A stretch of DNA of 64,000 nt from an uncultured Gemmatimonadales bacterium (GCA_963821525.1 CAWGED010000010.1:136425-200424), one strand, 5' to 3'; positions 1 through 10,382 are shown, counted from the stretch's first letter. Notes: generated by a model from the letters alone, not told the origin. Made by a program: numbers and translations.

Positions 1-1434
1 CGGGAGCCCAACTCGCCCTGATCGCCCCGGGCGGCGATCCCGCGACGTTGATCAGAATCACGGCGACCCTGACCCTTCTCGTGGGAGCCATCCTTCTCGT
101 GGCTTCGGTGCTTCGGCTGGGGTTCGTCGCGAACTTCATCTCGGAACCGGTGCTGGTCGGCTTCAAGGCGGGGATCGGGCTGGTCATCGTGGTGGACCAG
201 ATCCCGAAACTCCTCGGCATCCACTTCGCGAAGGGCAGCTTTCTCCACAACCTGCTCGCCATCGCGCAGGCGGTCCCGGAAATCCAAATCCCGACACTCA
301 TCATCGGGGTCGCAACGATCGTCCTTCTGGTCGCGCTGGAACGCTTTGTCCCTAAAGTGCCAGCACCGCTGGTCGTGATGGCGTTGGGAATCGCAGCGAT
401 GAGTTTGTTCGGGTTGGAGGCACGAGGAGTAGAGTCGGTGGGCCTCATTCCACGGGGGCTTCCGTCGCTCATCAAGCCGGACCTTTCGCTGCTTGCCCAG
501 TTGTGGCCTGGAGCTGCAGGCATCGCGCTCATGAGTTTCACCGAAACCATCGCGGCCGCGCGTGCCTTCTCCGCCCCCGGCGAACCCCTTCTCCGAGCGA
601 ACCAGGAATTGCTGGCCACGGGACTCTCTAATGCCGGCAGCGCCGTGTTCGGCGCCATGCCCTCGGGTGGTGGCACCTCGCAGACCGCGGTGAACCGGCT
701 GGCCGGCGGCCGCACCCAAGTCTCAGCGCTGGTCACCGCGGCGGCCTCGCTCCTCACGATGCTGCTGCTCGCCCCGCTCATCGGACTGCTGCCGCAGGCC
801 ACTCTCGCGGCCGTTGTCATTTTCTATTCGATCGGGTTGATCGACCCGGCTGCATTCCGCGAGATCCGCGAGGTCCGGCGCACCGAGTTCCGCTGGGCCC
901 TGGCCGCCATGGTTGGTGTGGTAGTGCTGGGAACGCTGAAGGGGATCCTCGTTGCAATTGTCGTGTCGCTGGTGGCCCTGGCATATCAGGTGGCGGATCC
1001 GCCGGTCCGCATACTGGGGCGGAAGCGGGGCACCAATGTCTTCCGGCCCCTGTCGTCTGAAAACCCGGACGATGAAACCTTTCCCGGTCTCCTTATGCTC
1101 CGACCGGAGGGTCGGGTCTTCTTCGCCAACGCCGAGCGCATTGGAGCCAAGCTGCGGCCATTCATGGACGAGGCGAAGCCCCGGGTGGTGGCGCTTGATC
1201 TAAGCGGCGTTCCGGATCTCGAGTACACCGCCCTCAAGATGCTGACCGAAGCCGAGAAACGAGAGCGCGCCCGCGGCGTTTCGGTGTGGCTGATCGGGCT
1301 CAACCCCGAAGTCCTCGCGATGGTCCAGCGGTCTTCGCTCGGCAAGGTACTGGGAACGCGAGCGAATGCACTTCAGTCTCGAGGTGGCGGTCGCCAAGTT
1401 CCTGGAGGCTTCAGGGAGGGAGGCGCCGGGGTGA
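1..1434 (+). CDS. SulP family anion transporter with C-terminal STAS domain (5' partial; +1 frameshift near 1356)
   Basis: Motifs LGFVANFISEPVLVGF, NQELLATG, GGTSQTAVN and STAS-like FFANA...LDLSGVPDLEYTAL. Frame is open to the window edge. Removing one A near 1356 gives RERMHFSLEVAVAKFL...G* ending TGA 1432-1434. Confidence 0.9.
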
Positions 1435-1799
1435 CACAAGATTCGGGCATCACCGCCGTCGCTCACGTGATCCAGTTGTCGGTGGCACCGGTATTTCTCC
1501 TCTCGGGCATCGGCGCGATGCTCGCCGTCATGACCAACCGGTTGGCGCGAGTCATCGACCGGGCCAGGGCCCTCGAGGCGAAGGCGACCGCCGATCCCGC
1601 CGGGCCCCCACTCCTCGTTTGCGGAGTAATCGCGACTCTGTTCCTCGGCGCCTTCTTCGGCTTTGATGCGTCAGGCCCGGCGGCGCTGCTCTTTGTCACC
1701 GCGATGCTTGCATTCATGGCCGGTCTGCTGCTCTTTGTAAGAGAGGTGCTGCGCGCGACGGCCAATCTCCGAATTGGGCGGCATCCGACTCGCGAGTAG
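1431..1799 (+). CDS. DUF2721-family membrane protein (apparent internal deletion)
   Basis: GTG overlaps the restored SulP stop (GTGA). IQLSVAPVFLLSGIGAMLAVMTNRLARVIDRAR signature. The segment usually preceding LLVCGVIATLF appears absent. Confidence 0.75.
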   Translation: MTQDSGITAVAHVIQLSVAPVFLLSGIGAMLAVMTNRLARVIDRARALEAKATADPAGPPLLVCGVIATLFLGAFFGFDASGPAALLFVTAMLAFMAGLLLFVREVLRATANLRIGRHPTRE

Positions 1800-1806
1800 A
1801 GGAATC

Positions 1807-2310
1807 GTGCCAGTCCAACTAACCCCCGACATGAGAGCCGTGATCCAGGCGGCTCACCTCTGTTTCGCGGCAACGGTCACCGCCGATGGCCGTCCCAATC
1901 TGTCCCCGAAGGGGACGATCCGGGTCTGGGATGATACCAGCCTGTTCTTCCTCGACATCGCCTCGCCCGGAACCCGGGCGAATCTGGCGGCACGGCCCTG
2001 GATGGAGTTGAATGTCGTGGATCAGCTTTCCCGTCGCGGGTATCGCTTCGCCGGGCCGGCAGCCCTGCATTCCCAGGGCGCCGTCTTCGATGAAGGGTGC
2101 CGGCGGATTTTTGGTGAGGAGGGGGCGACGTATCCGGTCGCCGGGGTCGTAGTGCTCCAGGTCGAGACCGCAGCACCTCTGATCTCTCCCGGGTACATCC
2201 ATGTAGCTGACGAGCCGGCGATGCGGGCGATGTGGCGAGATCGTCGGGCAGCCCTGGACCGGGAGTTCGAAGCCTTCATCGAGCGCCAAGGTCCCTTCCC
2301 CAGGCCCTAG
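1807..2310 (+). CDS. pyridoxamine 5'-phosphate oxidase-like FMN-binding protein
   Basis: AATVTADGRPNLSPKGT motif; AGAGGA upstream of GTG 1807. Confidence 0.85.
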   Translation: MPVQLTPDMRAVIQAAHLCFAATVTADGRPNLSPKGTIRVWDDTSLFFLDIASPGTRANLAARPWMELNVVDQLSRRGYRFAGPAALHSQGAVFDEGCRRIFGEEGATYPVAGVVVLQVETAAPLISPGYIHVADEPAMRAMWRDRRAALDREFEAFIERQGPFPRP

Positions 2311-2322
2311 TTCCGCTACAGC

Positions 2323-2664
2323 ATGAGCGATTCATTCCGGACCTATGTTCTCGAGCAACTGAGGCGAGTCAGGCCGGACGTTCGGCATCGCAGCATGTTT
2401 GGCGGGGTCGGCATCTATGCCGGCGATCTTTTCTTCGCGCTCATCGACGAAGACACGCTCTACTTCAAGGTGGATGACTCGAATCGTTCCGCCTTTGAGG
2501 AGCGGGGGCTGGGTCCGTTCATGCCTTATGGACCTTCGGGCGAGGTTATGCAGTACTACGAGGTACCGGCTGACCTTCTCGAGGACCCTGAAGCATTGAG
2601 TTCCTGGGCCGAGCAGGCGATCGAGGTTGCCCGTAACAAACGCACCAGAAAGCGGCAGCGCTGA
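2323..2664 (+). CDS. TfoX/Sxy N-terminal domain protein
   Basis: RSMFGGVGIY...FFALI..DTLYFKVD...YYEVPADLLED. Confidence 0.9.
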   Translation: MSDSFRTYVLEQLRRVRPDVRHRSMFGGVGIYAGDLFFALIDEDTLYFKVDDSNRSAFEERGLGPFMPYGPSGEVMQYYEVPADLLEDPEALSSWAEQAIEVARNKRTRKRQR

Positions 2665-2680
2665 TTGGAGGCTCTATCTC

Positions 2681-3115
2681 ATGACAGCCAAAACCATTAC
2701 CAGCCCAAACGTGAAGCAGGCGGTCCCCTTCTTCATGGTCACCGACATCGAAGCCTCGCTGCGGTTCTATGTTGACGGCCTGGGTGCCGTGATGACCAAC
2801 CACTGGATACCCGAAGGACACATCGAATGGTGCTGGCTTCAAATGGGCAACGCCGCGCTAATGCTACAGGAATACCGGCAACGCGAGCACCACGCCGGCA
2901 GGCCCGATGGCCCCCTCGGCCAGGGCGTCTCGGTCTGCTTCATGTGCGCCGACGCCCTCACGATCTATCACGAGCTGATTGCTCGCGGCATCGGCGCCCA
3001 GCGTCCCTTCGTCGGAAACGGACTGTGGGTCACATCGGTCCAGGACCCGGACGGCTATCGCCTGGACTTCGAAAGCCCAACTGATGTGCCGGAAGAGACG
3101 GTATACCAAGGCTAG
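2681..3115 (+). CDS. VOC (glyoxalase/bleomycin resistance) family protein
   Basis: VTDIEASLRFYVDGLG and DPDGYRLDF motifs; GGAGG RBS. Confidence 0.9.
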   Translation: MTAKTITSPNVKQAVPFFMVTDIEASLRFYVDGLGAVMTNHWIPEGHIEWCWLQMGNAALMLQEYRQREHHAGRPDGPLGQGVSVCFMCADALTIYHELIARGIGAQRPFVGNGLWVTSVQDPDGYRLDFESPTDVPEETVYQG

Positions 3116-3955
3116 CTACGCCGCCTTCTTCACTGCGGATACCTGCGCCATCCGCGGCATGATGGCGACCACCGTTTCGTCCACCGCCGCGATCTCCATC
3201 GAAAGCAGCACATTGCGTAACGCCTGGGGAGTGAGAAGCCCGGCCTCGACCAGCGCAGGTCCAGCCTCCGCGACCGACAGCTCCAACAGGCGCTTCTCCT
3301 CCCCGCGCGCAAAGGCCGGCTGGTTGAACGCGATATCGGGCGACGAAAAGCCCGCCGCCATCACCATCTGATACAGCCGGCGACCCAGCGTGTAGTCCAC
3401 CTGCCGCGCCTGGCCCAGGGCGTTGAAGAGCTCCGCGAAGGCGCCGAGCGCAGACGGCGGCTCACTTCCCGCAGAAGTCAGGTCTCCATCCTCGCAGACC
3501 AGGATGCCGCCCGGCCGGAGCAGGCGATGCATCTCACCCAGCGCGGCTTCCGGTTCCACCAGGTGCAGCAGCAGATACCGGCAATAAACCAGATCGAACG
3601 AACCACTCGGCAACCTGGTTGAAAGGGCACTGGCCTCAACCCAGGAGACGTTTGCCAGCTGGAGTTGGTGGGCCAGCCGATGCGCCTCCGCCAGTTGCGC
3701 CCGGCTCACATCTACCCCGACCACGTGCCCCTTCACCCCGATAAGCTCCGCAAGATCGACCGTCACCTGTCCTACTCCGCAGCCGATATCGGCTACCCGC
3801 ATTCCCGGCTTCAAACCGGCGAGCCCCAGAAAACGGCGCGTACCGGGACCATAGGCCCGATGCAGGACTCGAAGGCGATCCGCTCCAGCCTCTCCAGTGC
3901 CGAGCACATAGCGATCGACTTCGGCTGCTACTTCTTCCAATGCATCCACCGACAT
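3116..3955 (-). CDS. class I SAM-dependent methyltransferase
   Basis: VADIGCGVG motif I, FDLVYCRYLLLHL, LRPGG; GGAGG RBS. Confidence 0.9.
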   Translation of the reverse strand: MSVDALEEVAAEVDRYVLGTGEAGADRLRVLHRAYGPGTRRFLGLAGLKPGMRVADIGCGVGQVTVDLAELIGVKGHVVGVDVSRAQLAEAHRLAHQLQLANVSWVEASALSTRLPSGSFDLVYCRYLLLHLVEPEAALGEMHRLLRPGGILVCEDGDLTSAGSEPPSALGAFAELFNALGQARQVDYTLGRRLYQMVMAAGFSSPDIAFNQPAFARGEEKRLLELSVAEAGPALVEAGLLTPQALRNVLLSMEIAAVDETVVAIMPRMAQVSAVKKAA

Positions 3956-4130
3956 GACTACCTCCCATGATGAGGGGGAAGGATGTGGTCATGTACCGGG
4001 TCATTGGATCGGTGAGCAGACCTAGTCCGCTGTCAGCCTTCGTCCTACACGTATTCGCGACCAATCCTGGAGCTGCCGAACCCGGGCGCCGGTCGGTAGC
4101 TTGCGTCACCCAACATCCGACAAGGAATCG

Positions 4131-5348
4131 ATGCGTCCTGGCCTTTCTTTGGGTCTCGCGATCCTCATCGCGAGCTGCCATTCGGGTCCGGCGAGTACAC
4201 CTCCACCCATCGCGACCGCCAGCCGGTATCTCTTTGTGTGGGCCGGGGACAAGGACAAGCAGCAGAGCGACTTCCTCGCCGTCATCGACATCGATCCCCG
4301 AAGCCCGACCTACGCCACCGTGCTGAAGACCGTCCCGGTCGGTGCCACAGGGACGATGGCTCACCATACCGAATACGAAATGCCGGCGGACGGGATCCTC
4401 TGGGCGAGCGGGTTCATGGCGGGCCAGACCTACCTCTTCGACCTGCGCGACCCCACGAGCCCCAGGCTGCTCACCTCCTTCGGCGATGTGGGGCCGATGA
4501 GCCATCCGCACAGTTACTCGCGCCTCCCTAATGGGCACATCCTCGCCACCTTCCAGCACAAAATCGGTGGCGGGACCGGGGGACTGGTCGAATTCGACTC
4601 GGTGGGACGAGTTGTCCGAACGGCTGAAGCTGCCGTCCCCGCGATCGACTCCACGATCCGGCCCTACAGCCTGGCGGTCCTCCCGGCGTTGGACCGGGTC
4701 GTGACCACCGCCAGCGACATGCATCTGTCGGTGCGGAGTCGAGCGGTGCAGGTGTGGCGGCTCTCGGACTTGAAGCTGTTACAGACGATCCTGCTGCCGC
4801 CGGGTCCGCGGGGTGACGAGAACTGGCTCACGGCCGAGCCGCGGGTGCTGTCCGATGGCCGCACGGTGCTGGTGAACACCTTTACCTGCGGCTTGTATCG
4901 GATCGATGGGCTGGCCAGTGATTCGGCGACAGCGACGTGGGTGTATTCCACCCAATGGAGTGTTGATCGAATCTTTTGCGCAGTGCCGGTCGTAGCGGGG
5001 CGCTACTGGTTGCAACCGAGCGGACCGGAGCACGCAGTCGTGAGCCTGGACGTGTCCGACCCGAGTCATCCCCGTGAGGTCAGCAGACTCACGCTCGGGG
5101 CAAACGAGATCCCTCACTGGCTCGGCCTCGAGGCGGGTGGGGATCGGGTCGTAATCACCGGATACCGGGAGCTGGAGTCGCGAGTTGTGCTGGCCCACGT
5201 GGACCGCGCGACTGGTGCCCTGAGTCTCGATACGACGTTCAAGTCGCCCGGAGCCCAGAGAGTGGGCCTGGATCTCGGTCTGGTGCAGTGGCCTCACGGT
5301 CCCTCCGGACCCGCAATCCCGCACGGCGCGGTGTTCAGCAGGCCCTGA
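4131..5348 (+). CDS. selenium-binding protein (SBP56)/methanethiol oxidase-like beta-propeller lipoprotein
   Basis: Lipobox IASC; DFLAVIDIDPRSPTY, HHTEY, HPHS, PHW and terminal PHGAVF motifs. Confidence 0.7.
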   Translation: MRPGLSLGLAILIASCHSGPASTPPPIATASRYLFVWAGDKDKQQSDFLAVIDIDPRSPTYATVLKTVPVGATGTMAHHTEYEMPADGILWASGFMAGQTYLFDLRDPTSPRLLTSFGDVGPMSHPHSYSRLPNGHILATFQHKIGGGTGGLVEFDSVGRVVRTAEAAVPAIDSTIRPYSLAVLPALDRVVTTASDMHLSVRSRAVQVWRLSDLKLLQTILLPPGPRGDENWLTAEPRVLSDGRTVLVNTFTCGLYRIDGLASDSATATWVYSTQWSVDRIFCAVPVVAGRYWLQPSGPEHAVVSLDVSDPSHPREVSRLTLGANEIPHWLGLEAGGDRVVITGYRELESRVVLAHVDRATGALSLDTTFKSPGAQRVGLDLGLVQWPHGPSGPAIPHGAVFSRP

Positions 5349-5377
5349 GTCGCAGACAAGAGGATAGAGGTGAGCTG

Positions 5378-6181
5378 ATGGCGAATCGGGTGGATCTCTT
5401 CGACAGCACCTACAGCAACTTCACCGAAGAGGTGCTGGACGCGATTCGGAAGGAGACTTTCGGCACCGACATCGGGCAGAACAGCTGGCTCACGGTTGAC
5501 GAGTATGAGCGCTGGCTCCCCTGGCTCAACCTGAACGGGAAGAGCTATCTCCTCGAGATCGCCAGTGGTTCAGGCGGCCCGGCGCGTTATGTCGCTCGCA
5601 GTACGGGTTGTCACGTAATCGGCATCGATGCGAACGAGAGTGGCGTGGCCACCGCTTCACAGCTCGCCGCCGAGTCGGGCGATAGCGACCGGGTCAGCTT
5701 CAGAGTCGCCGATGCCACCGCTCCCCTGCCCTTCGTCCAGGGCTCCTTCGATGCGCTGCTCTGCATCGATTCCATGAATCACTTCCCCAATCGGCTGGCC
5801 GTCTTCCGGGAGTGGGCTCGCGTCCTCCGTCCCGGCGGTCGCGCGATCTTCACGGATCCGGTCCTCATCACCGGCCCGGTGACCAACGACGAGCTCGCCG
5901 GACGCAGCTCGATCGGGCTCTTCCTCTTCGTGCCACCCGGGGTCAACGAGCGATTGATCAAGGAGGCGGGCTTCCATTTGGTGCGCCAGGAGGACGTCAC
6001 CGCGAACGCGGCCCTGGTTTCCGGTCGCTGGCGCGACGCGCGAGCGGCGCATCGGACCGACCTGGTCCAGATCGAGGGCGAGGAGCGATTCGAGGGCCTG
6101 CAGAAATTCTTCGCCGCAGTACACCAGCTCACCAGTGAACGGCGCTTGTCGCGCATTCTCTACCTGGTGGAAAAACCGTAA
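5378..6181 (+). CDS. SAM-dependent methyltransferase (glycine/sarcosine or sterol MTase-like)
   Basis: LLEIASGSGGPA, FDALLCIDSMNH, VLRPGG. Confidence 0.85.
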   Translation: MANRVDLFDSTYSNFTEEVLDAIRKETFGTDIGQNSWLTVDEYERWLPWLNLNGKSYLLEIASGSGGPARYVARSTGCHVIGIDANESGVATASQLAAESGDSDRVSFRVADATAPLPFVQGSFDALLCIDSMNHFPNRLAVFREWARVLRPGGRAIFTDPVLITGPVTNDELAGRSSIGLFLFVPPGVNERLIKEAGFHLVRQEDVTANAALVSGRWRDARAAHRTDLVQIEGEERFEGLQKFFAAVHQLTSERRLSRILYLVEKP

Positions 6182-6203
6182 CCCTTGGATGCAGGATCAC
6201 CCC

Positions 6204-6998
6204 ATGTCTGGTTCCGCGCTTGGCGCCCCCTGGATGTACTACCGGCGCTCCTGGTTGATCGCCCTGCCGATTGCAGTCGCATCCGCCTGTTCACACTCCG
6301 AGCCCGCGACCGTGGTGCCCGGCGTCGCCGTCCAGGTGGACCGGACACCGGGACCCGACACCGTGGTCTATGCCCGTTCGATAACTCGCGCCGGTCAGGA
6401 TAGCGCGAGCGGTACTCGCACCGTCGTGCGACAGGTGATTCAGGGTACGGGTGGTACCCGGCTGCTGGAAGTGGAACAGCGGTTCCCCGCCGGTGGCGGC
6501 GAGATCGTGGATACGGCTGTCGCCGATCTCAACACCATGCGCGCCGTGTCGCACCGCTCTCATCAGCCGACTCGCACGATGCAGTTCACCTTCGTGGGAG
6601 ACAGTGCCGTGGGAACGGTGTCGACCGCCAAGGGAGACTCCGCACCTCGGGTCGAGTCGGTTCGGCAAGGACTCGGCGGCCCGATCTTCGACTCCAATGT
6701 GATCGACCTGGTCGTCGCCGCACTCCCGCTTCATCCCCAGTTCGCCACCGAGCTGCCCTTCTTCATTTACGAGAAAGGCGGCCGGGTTCCGATGGCGGTC
6801 GAGGTACGCGAGCGTACGTCGGTCCAGTTCTCCAAACTGGGACCGCGCGACGTCTGGGTCGTGACCGTCGCCGTACCGGGAGCGCCCGCGACGGTCTGGG
6901 TTGATACCCAAACCCGTGCCGTCCTCCGGGTCCGTTACGACATCAGCGATCGGAATCTGAGTTTCACCGACGAGCGGATAACGCCGCTGGCCGGGTAA
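6204..6998 (+). CDS. hypothetical lipoprotein (beta-rich)
   Basis: Signal peptide/lipobox VASAC; long ORF in operon position; start uncertain (6204 or 6234). Confidence 0.65.
   Translation: MSGSALGAPWMYYRRSWLIALPIAVASACSHSEPATVVPGVAVQVDRTPGPDTVVYARSITRAGQDSASGTRTVVRQVIQGTGGTRLLEVEQRFPAGGGEIVDTAVADLNTMRAVSHRSHQPTRTMQFTFVGDSAVGTVSTAKGDSAPRVESVRQGLGGPIFDSNVIDLVVAALPLHPQFATELPFFIYEKGGRVPMAVEVRERTSVQFSKLGPRDVWVVTVAVPGAPATVWVDTQTRAVLRVRYDISDRNLSFTDERITPLAG
6958..6998 (+). repeat. 41-bp direct repeat copy 1 (3' end of the upstream gene)
   Basis: TGAGTTTCACCGACGAGCGGATAACGCCGCTGGCCGGGTAA; 39/41 identical to 7321-7361. Confidence 0.95.
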
Positions 6999-7019
6999 GA
7001 GACAAGCCACGGAGGATCC

Positions 7020-7304
7020 ATGAAGACCAGCTTGATCGCCAGCCTGCTCCTGCCGGCACTACCGATGGTCTCCGATTCACTAAGCACTCAGGAGATGGCC
7101 ATCCAGTGCTCGGCGTTGCCTGCGGCCGTACCGAAGGCATTGCTTGCCCAGAAAGACAAGACTCCGAAGGAGTGTACTTCGGAGCGTGACAACGGGCAGA
7201 CCTACTGCGAAGCTTCGTACGTGATCGACGGCCATTCCAAGGACCTGTTATTCGATACCACGGGAGCGGTCAGGGTACCTTGGTGGCATACGAGGCCCAC
7301 GTAA
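7020..7304 (+). pseudogene. short secreted PepSY/BLIP-like protein, probably degraded
   Basis: GGAGG RBS, signal peptide, LPAAV...YCEA...GHSKDLLFDTTG resembles PepSY-like repeats; ends abruptly. Confidence 0.4.
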
Positions 7305-7320
7305 GCCGAAAACTGGAAGA

Positions 7321-7361
7321 TGAGTTTCACCGACGAGCGGGTAACGCCACTGGCCGGGTAA
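7321..7361 (+). repeat. 41-bp direct repeat copy 2 (orphan gene 3' end)
   Basis: Encodes SFTDERVTPLAG* versus SFTDERITPLAG* in copy 1. Confidence 0.95.
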
Positions 7362-7373
7362 CGAGTACTAGAA

Positions 7374-7766
7374 ATGAATCTCAATCAGGTGACACTTCCG
7401 GCGGTGGACGTTGGTCCTTCCGTGGACTTTTACCGCCGGCTCGGCCTTCGCCTGATCGTCGAGGATCTGCCCCGCTATGCGCGTTTCGAGCTCCCCGACG
7501 GCGAGAGCACCCTATCGATCGAGCAGGTGTCCGAGGCCACAGCAGGCCATGGGCCTGTGGTCTACTTCGAGTGCGAGGATCTGGATCAGACCGTCCACCG
7601 GCTCAGAGCGAAGGGAGTCGAATTCGACAGTCTGCCCCTTGATCAGCCGTGGCTATGGCGAGAGGCTCGGCTGCGGGATCCTGGGGGAAATACCCTCTGC
7701 CTGTATTGGGCTGGCCGAAATCGCCGCTACCCACCATGGCGGCTAGCAGGAGAGAGCCGGGAATAA
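7374..7766 (+). CDS. VOC family protein
   Basis: MNLNQVTLP...FYRRLG...DQPWLWREARLRDPGGN. Confidence 0.9.
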   Translation: MNLNQVTLPAVDVGPSVDFYRRLGLRLIVEDLPRYARFELPDGESTLSIEQVSEATAGHGPVVYFECEDLDQTVHRLRAKGVEFDSLPLDQPWLWREARLRDPGGNTLCLYWAGRNRRYPPWRLAGESRE

Positions 7767-7839
7767 ACTCATCGCCCCGTGAGTCATGTCGGGTGGACGC
7801 ACTTCGCATCCACTCGAACCTGTAAGGGGGGATATTCCC

Positions 7840-8235
7840 GTGTCGTTTGTCGCACTGTCGTTCCACCTTGTCACACTGGCCGCATCGAGCATCGCTCCAT
7901 CGCCCGCCGAGATCCAGGTGCAACTGTCGGAATGGAAAATCCAATTGTCCGCGGCTTCGGTCCCTGCGGGACCGGTGCGCTTCATCGTCCATAATGGTGG
8001 CAGCATTCCTCACGGCTTCGAGGTCGAAGGTCGCGGGTTGGAGAAGGAGATCGAGCTCATCCAGCCCGGGGCCAGCGACACTCTGGAACTCCAGCTCGAG
8101 ACGGGGAGTTATGAGATCTATTGCCCGGTCGGCGGTGTTAGTCACAAGAACCTCGGCATGGAGACCGGCCTCACGGTAACCGGAGCCAGCGCCGGGGCGG
8201 CGATGAAGGCGGACGAATCGATGAAAGCAGCATGA
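7840..8235 (+). CDS. secreted cupredoxin-domain protein (probably N-terminal part of a gene split by frameshift)
   Basis: Type-1 copper ligand pattern PHGF...YCPVGGVSHKNLGM; signal peptide. Confidence 0.75.
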   Translation: MSFVALSFHLVTLAASSIAPSPAEIQVQLSEWKIQLSAASVPAGPVRFIVHNGGSIPHGFEVEGRGLEKEIELIQPGASDTLELQLETGSYEIYCPVGGVSHKNLGMETGLTVTGASAGAAMKADESMKAA

Positions 8236-8271
8236 GGCGATGAAGCCGAGGGCAATGAGGCCGGGTGAGCG

Positions 8272-8940
8272 ATGGCTATGTCTTCCACGAAGGCGATTGC
8301 CGTCGAGGGCGGTGGTCCGGTCATCCAGATCCTTCCCGGCCCCTTCCCCTTCCCCGACAGCGCGGCGCCGGTCCTCAAGGCCTTCGGCGATGAGCGTGAG
8401 GGACTCGAGTCTCAGGTGAAGAGTGGGCCCTATTCCAATAATGTCACGCCGATCTCAGGACGATTCAGCTTCACCGCCTGGGATCTCGGCTCAAGCCGTG
8501 ACTCGGTGGATGGCAACGCGACTTTCGTGACGAAGGACGGAAGCCATTGGCGGCTCCGGCTGGACCGGGTACAGACAAAGGATGTCCCACATCACCCTCG
8601 GTTCGGAGGCGTGATCATGGGACTCTACTACCACGGGAATACCCAGGTTCACACCCCGCTGGTCCCGACCATCAACAGCAAAGTGGCGCTCTGGGCCGTC
8701 GGGCATCTCTACCGTGACGACACCCTGGTGACCGACAACGCCCAGGTGCACGTGATGTTGCTCTCCCGCACCCGCCGCCCCGGCAATTGGGCGCTCGACT
8801 GCTGGGACTGCTCTCGTAATCCAATTGAGGAGCTACAGCTCCAGATCCTGCCTGGTCCAGGCGAGCCGAAGTTCGATGCGCCGGGCGGGTTCCTGTTTGT
8901 GAACTGGGAGAAGTCCAGCGCGAACGTGCCGGCCAATTAG
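8272..8940 (+). CDS. hypothetical protein (probable C-terminal part of the cupredoxin gene)
   Basis: 222-aa ORF with His-rich motifs and CWDC; no RBS; linker-like sequence upstream. Confidence 0.65.
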   Translation: MAMSSTKAIAVEGGGPVIQILPGPFPFPDSAAPVLKAFGDEREGLESQVKSGPYSNNVTPISGRFSFTAWDLGSSRDSVDGNATFVTKDGSHWRLRLDRVQTKDVPHHPRFGGVIMGLYYHGNTQVHTPLVPTINSKVALWAVGHLYRDDTLVTDNAQVHVMLLSRTRRPGNWALDCWDCSRNPIEELQLQILPGPGEPKFDAPGGFLFVNWEKSSANVPAN

Positions 8941-8972
8941 GCGGGCGGGTGGGTCTCCCAGCCGTGCTGCCG

Positions 8973-9594
8973 ATGCCGGACATTTCAGCCGCAACGAACC
9001 ACCGCCCCGTCTCGCATTTGCGCGGCAGGGCGGTGGCAACATCGTCCCGGCCGGGAGAACGGTTGATTCAAAGCCCGCCCACCCGATTCGAAGCGCTGGT
9101 GCTGCCGCACCTCGACGCCGCCTACACCCTGGCGCGCTATCTCATGCGTGACACTCATGACGCGGAGGACGCGACCCAGGAGGCGATGCTCAAGGCACTC
9201 AGGAACGTCGACCAGTGTCGCAGCGATGACGCGCGACCCTGGCTCTTGGCCATCATTCGCAACACGTGCCACACCCATCTGCGCCGACGCGGCGACCGCT
9301 GCCGGGGAGATGTCTCCTTCGATGAAACTTGCACAGCCGCTGAAGGAGACGCCCGTCAGCCCGATACGGCGCTGATCCGTGCCGCTGACGCGGAGCGGTG
9401 CACCGGCGCTCGCTGCGTTCCCACTCGTCTTTCGCGAAGTGGTCGTGCTGCGTGAACTGCAGGGCCTTTCCTATAGGGAGATCGCCGAGGTGGCGGATGT
9501 GCCGGTCGGCACGGTGATGTCTCGCCTGGGCCGGGCGCCGAGACCGGTTGGAGCTGTTACTCGGCGGAGCAGCGGGGAAGGAGGGACGGGATGA
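8973..9594 (+). CDS. ECF sigma-70 factor (frameshifted near 9400 and later)
   Basis: Region 2 LPHLDAAYTLARYL...DAEDATQEA...PWLLAIIRN; region 4 FREVVVLRELQGLSYREIAEVADVPVGTVMSRL in another frame. Confidence 0.85.
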
Positions 9595-10382
9595 ACTGCG
9601 ACGACGTGCGGGTCCGGTTGGACGCCACGGGTGGATGACGAGCTGGCGGCGGGAGAGCGGCGGAGTCGACGCCCATGTGGGGCGTGCGCCGACTGCAAGG
9701 CCCTCCAGGAACGAAGGATCGCATTCGCGAGGTGCTCGCGCGCGAGCTGCCCCGGTTCTCGAAGCGCCCGACACCCTGCGCCAGCGAATTGGAGTGCGGT
9801 CGGCGCGAGAGGCGACCGAAGGCACATGAGCGGGCGACGAGGCGGATAAGCCGCGGCTGGGGGCCTCGCCCTGGCGGCGAGTCTCGCGATTGTCGCGGCA
9901 GGAAGCTGGCAGCTGGCGACCACACGGGCGAATGCCGAGATGTTGACCCAAACGGTGCTGGAGAGTCACATCCGGTCGCTGATCGGCGAGCATCTCACCG
10001 ACGTCGCGAGCAGCGATCTGCATACCGTGAAACCCTGGTTCAATGGCCGGCTGGACTTTTCGCCTCCGGTCTACGACTTCGCCGGCCGGGGATATCCCCT
10101 TTTGGGCGGGCGGTTGGAGTACGTCGGCGAGCGGAAAGTGGCCGCCCTGGTCTACGGGCGCCGCAAGCACGTCATCAACGTCTTCCTCTGGCCGGCCGAC
10201 GCCGGTATGGCACAAGGGCCCCCGGCCTCGACTCGCCACGGCTATCACCTGCTGCACTGGAATGGGCCCGACTTCACCTACTGGGTTGTATCCGACCTTG
10301 GTACCACGGAGCTGCAGGAATTCGCCGGGCTCCTGAAGGATGCCGACTCGGCGGCGGCGGCGCTCTGCCAACGAGCCAATGA
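9591..10382 (+). CDS. zinc-finger transmembrane anti-sigma factor (several frameshifts)
   Basis: MNCDDVR...H...CADC; TM segment LALAASLAIV; C-terminal HIRSL...DVASSDLHTVKPWFNGRLDFSPPV...LLGGRLEY. Confidence 0.8.

Noticed and set aside
48..1799. 583-aa SulP-DUF2721 fusion
   Set aside because: One extra base near 1356 explains it; correcting it restores a normal SulP end with a GTGA stop/start overlap
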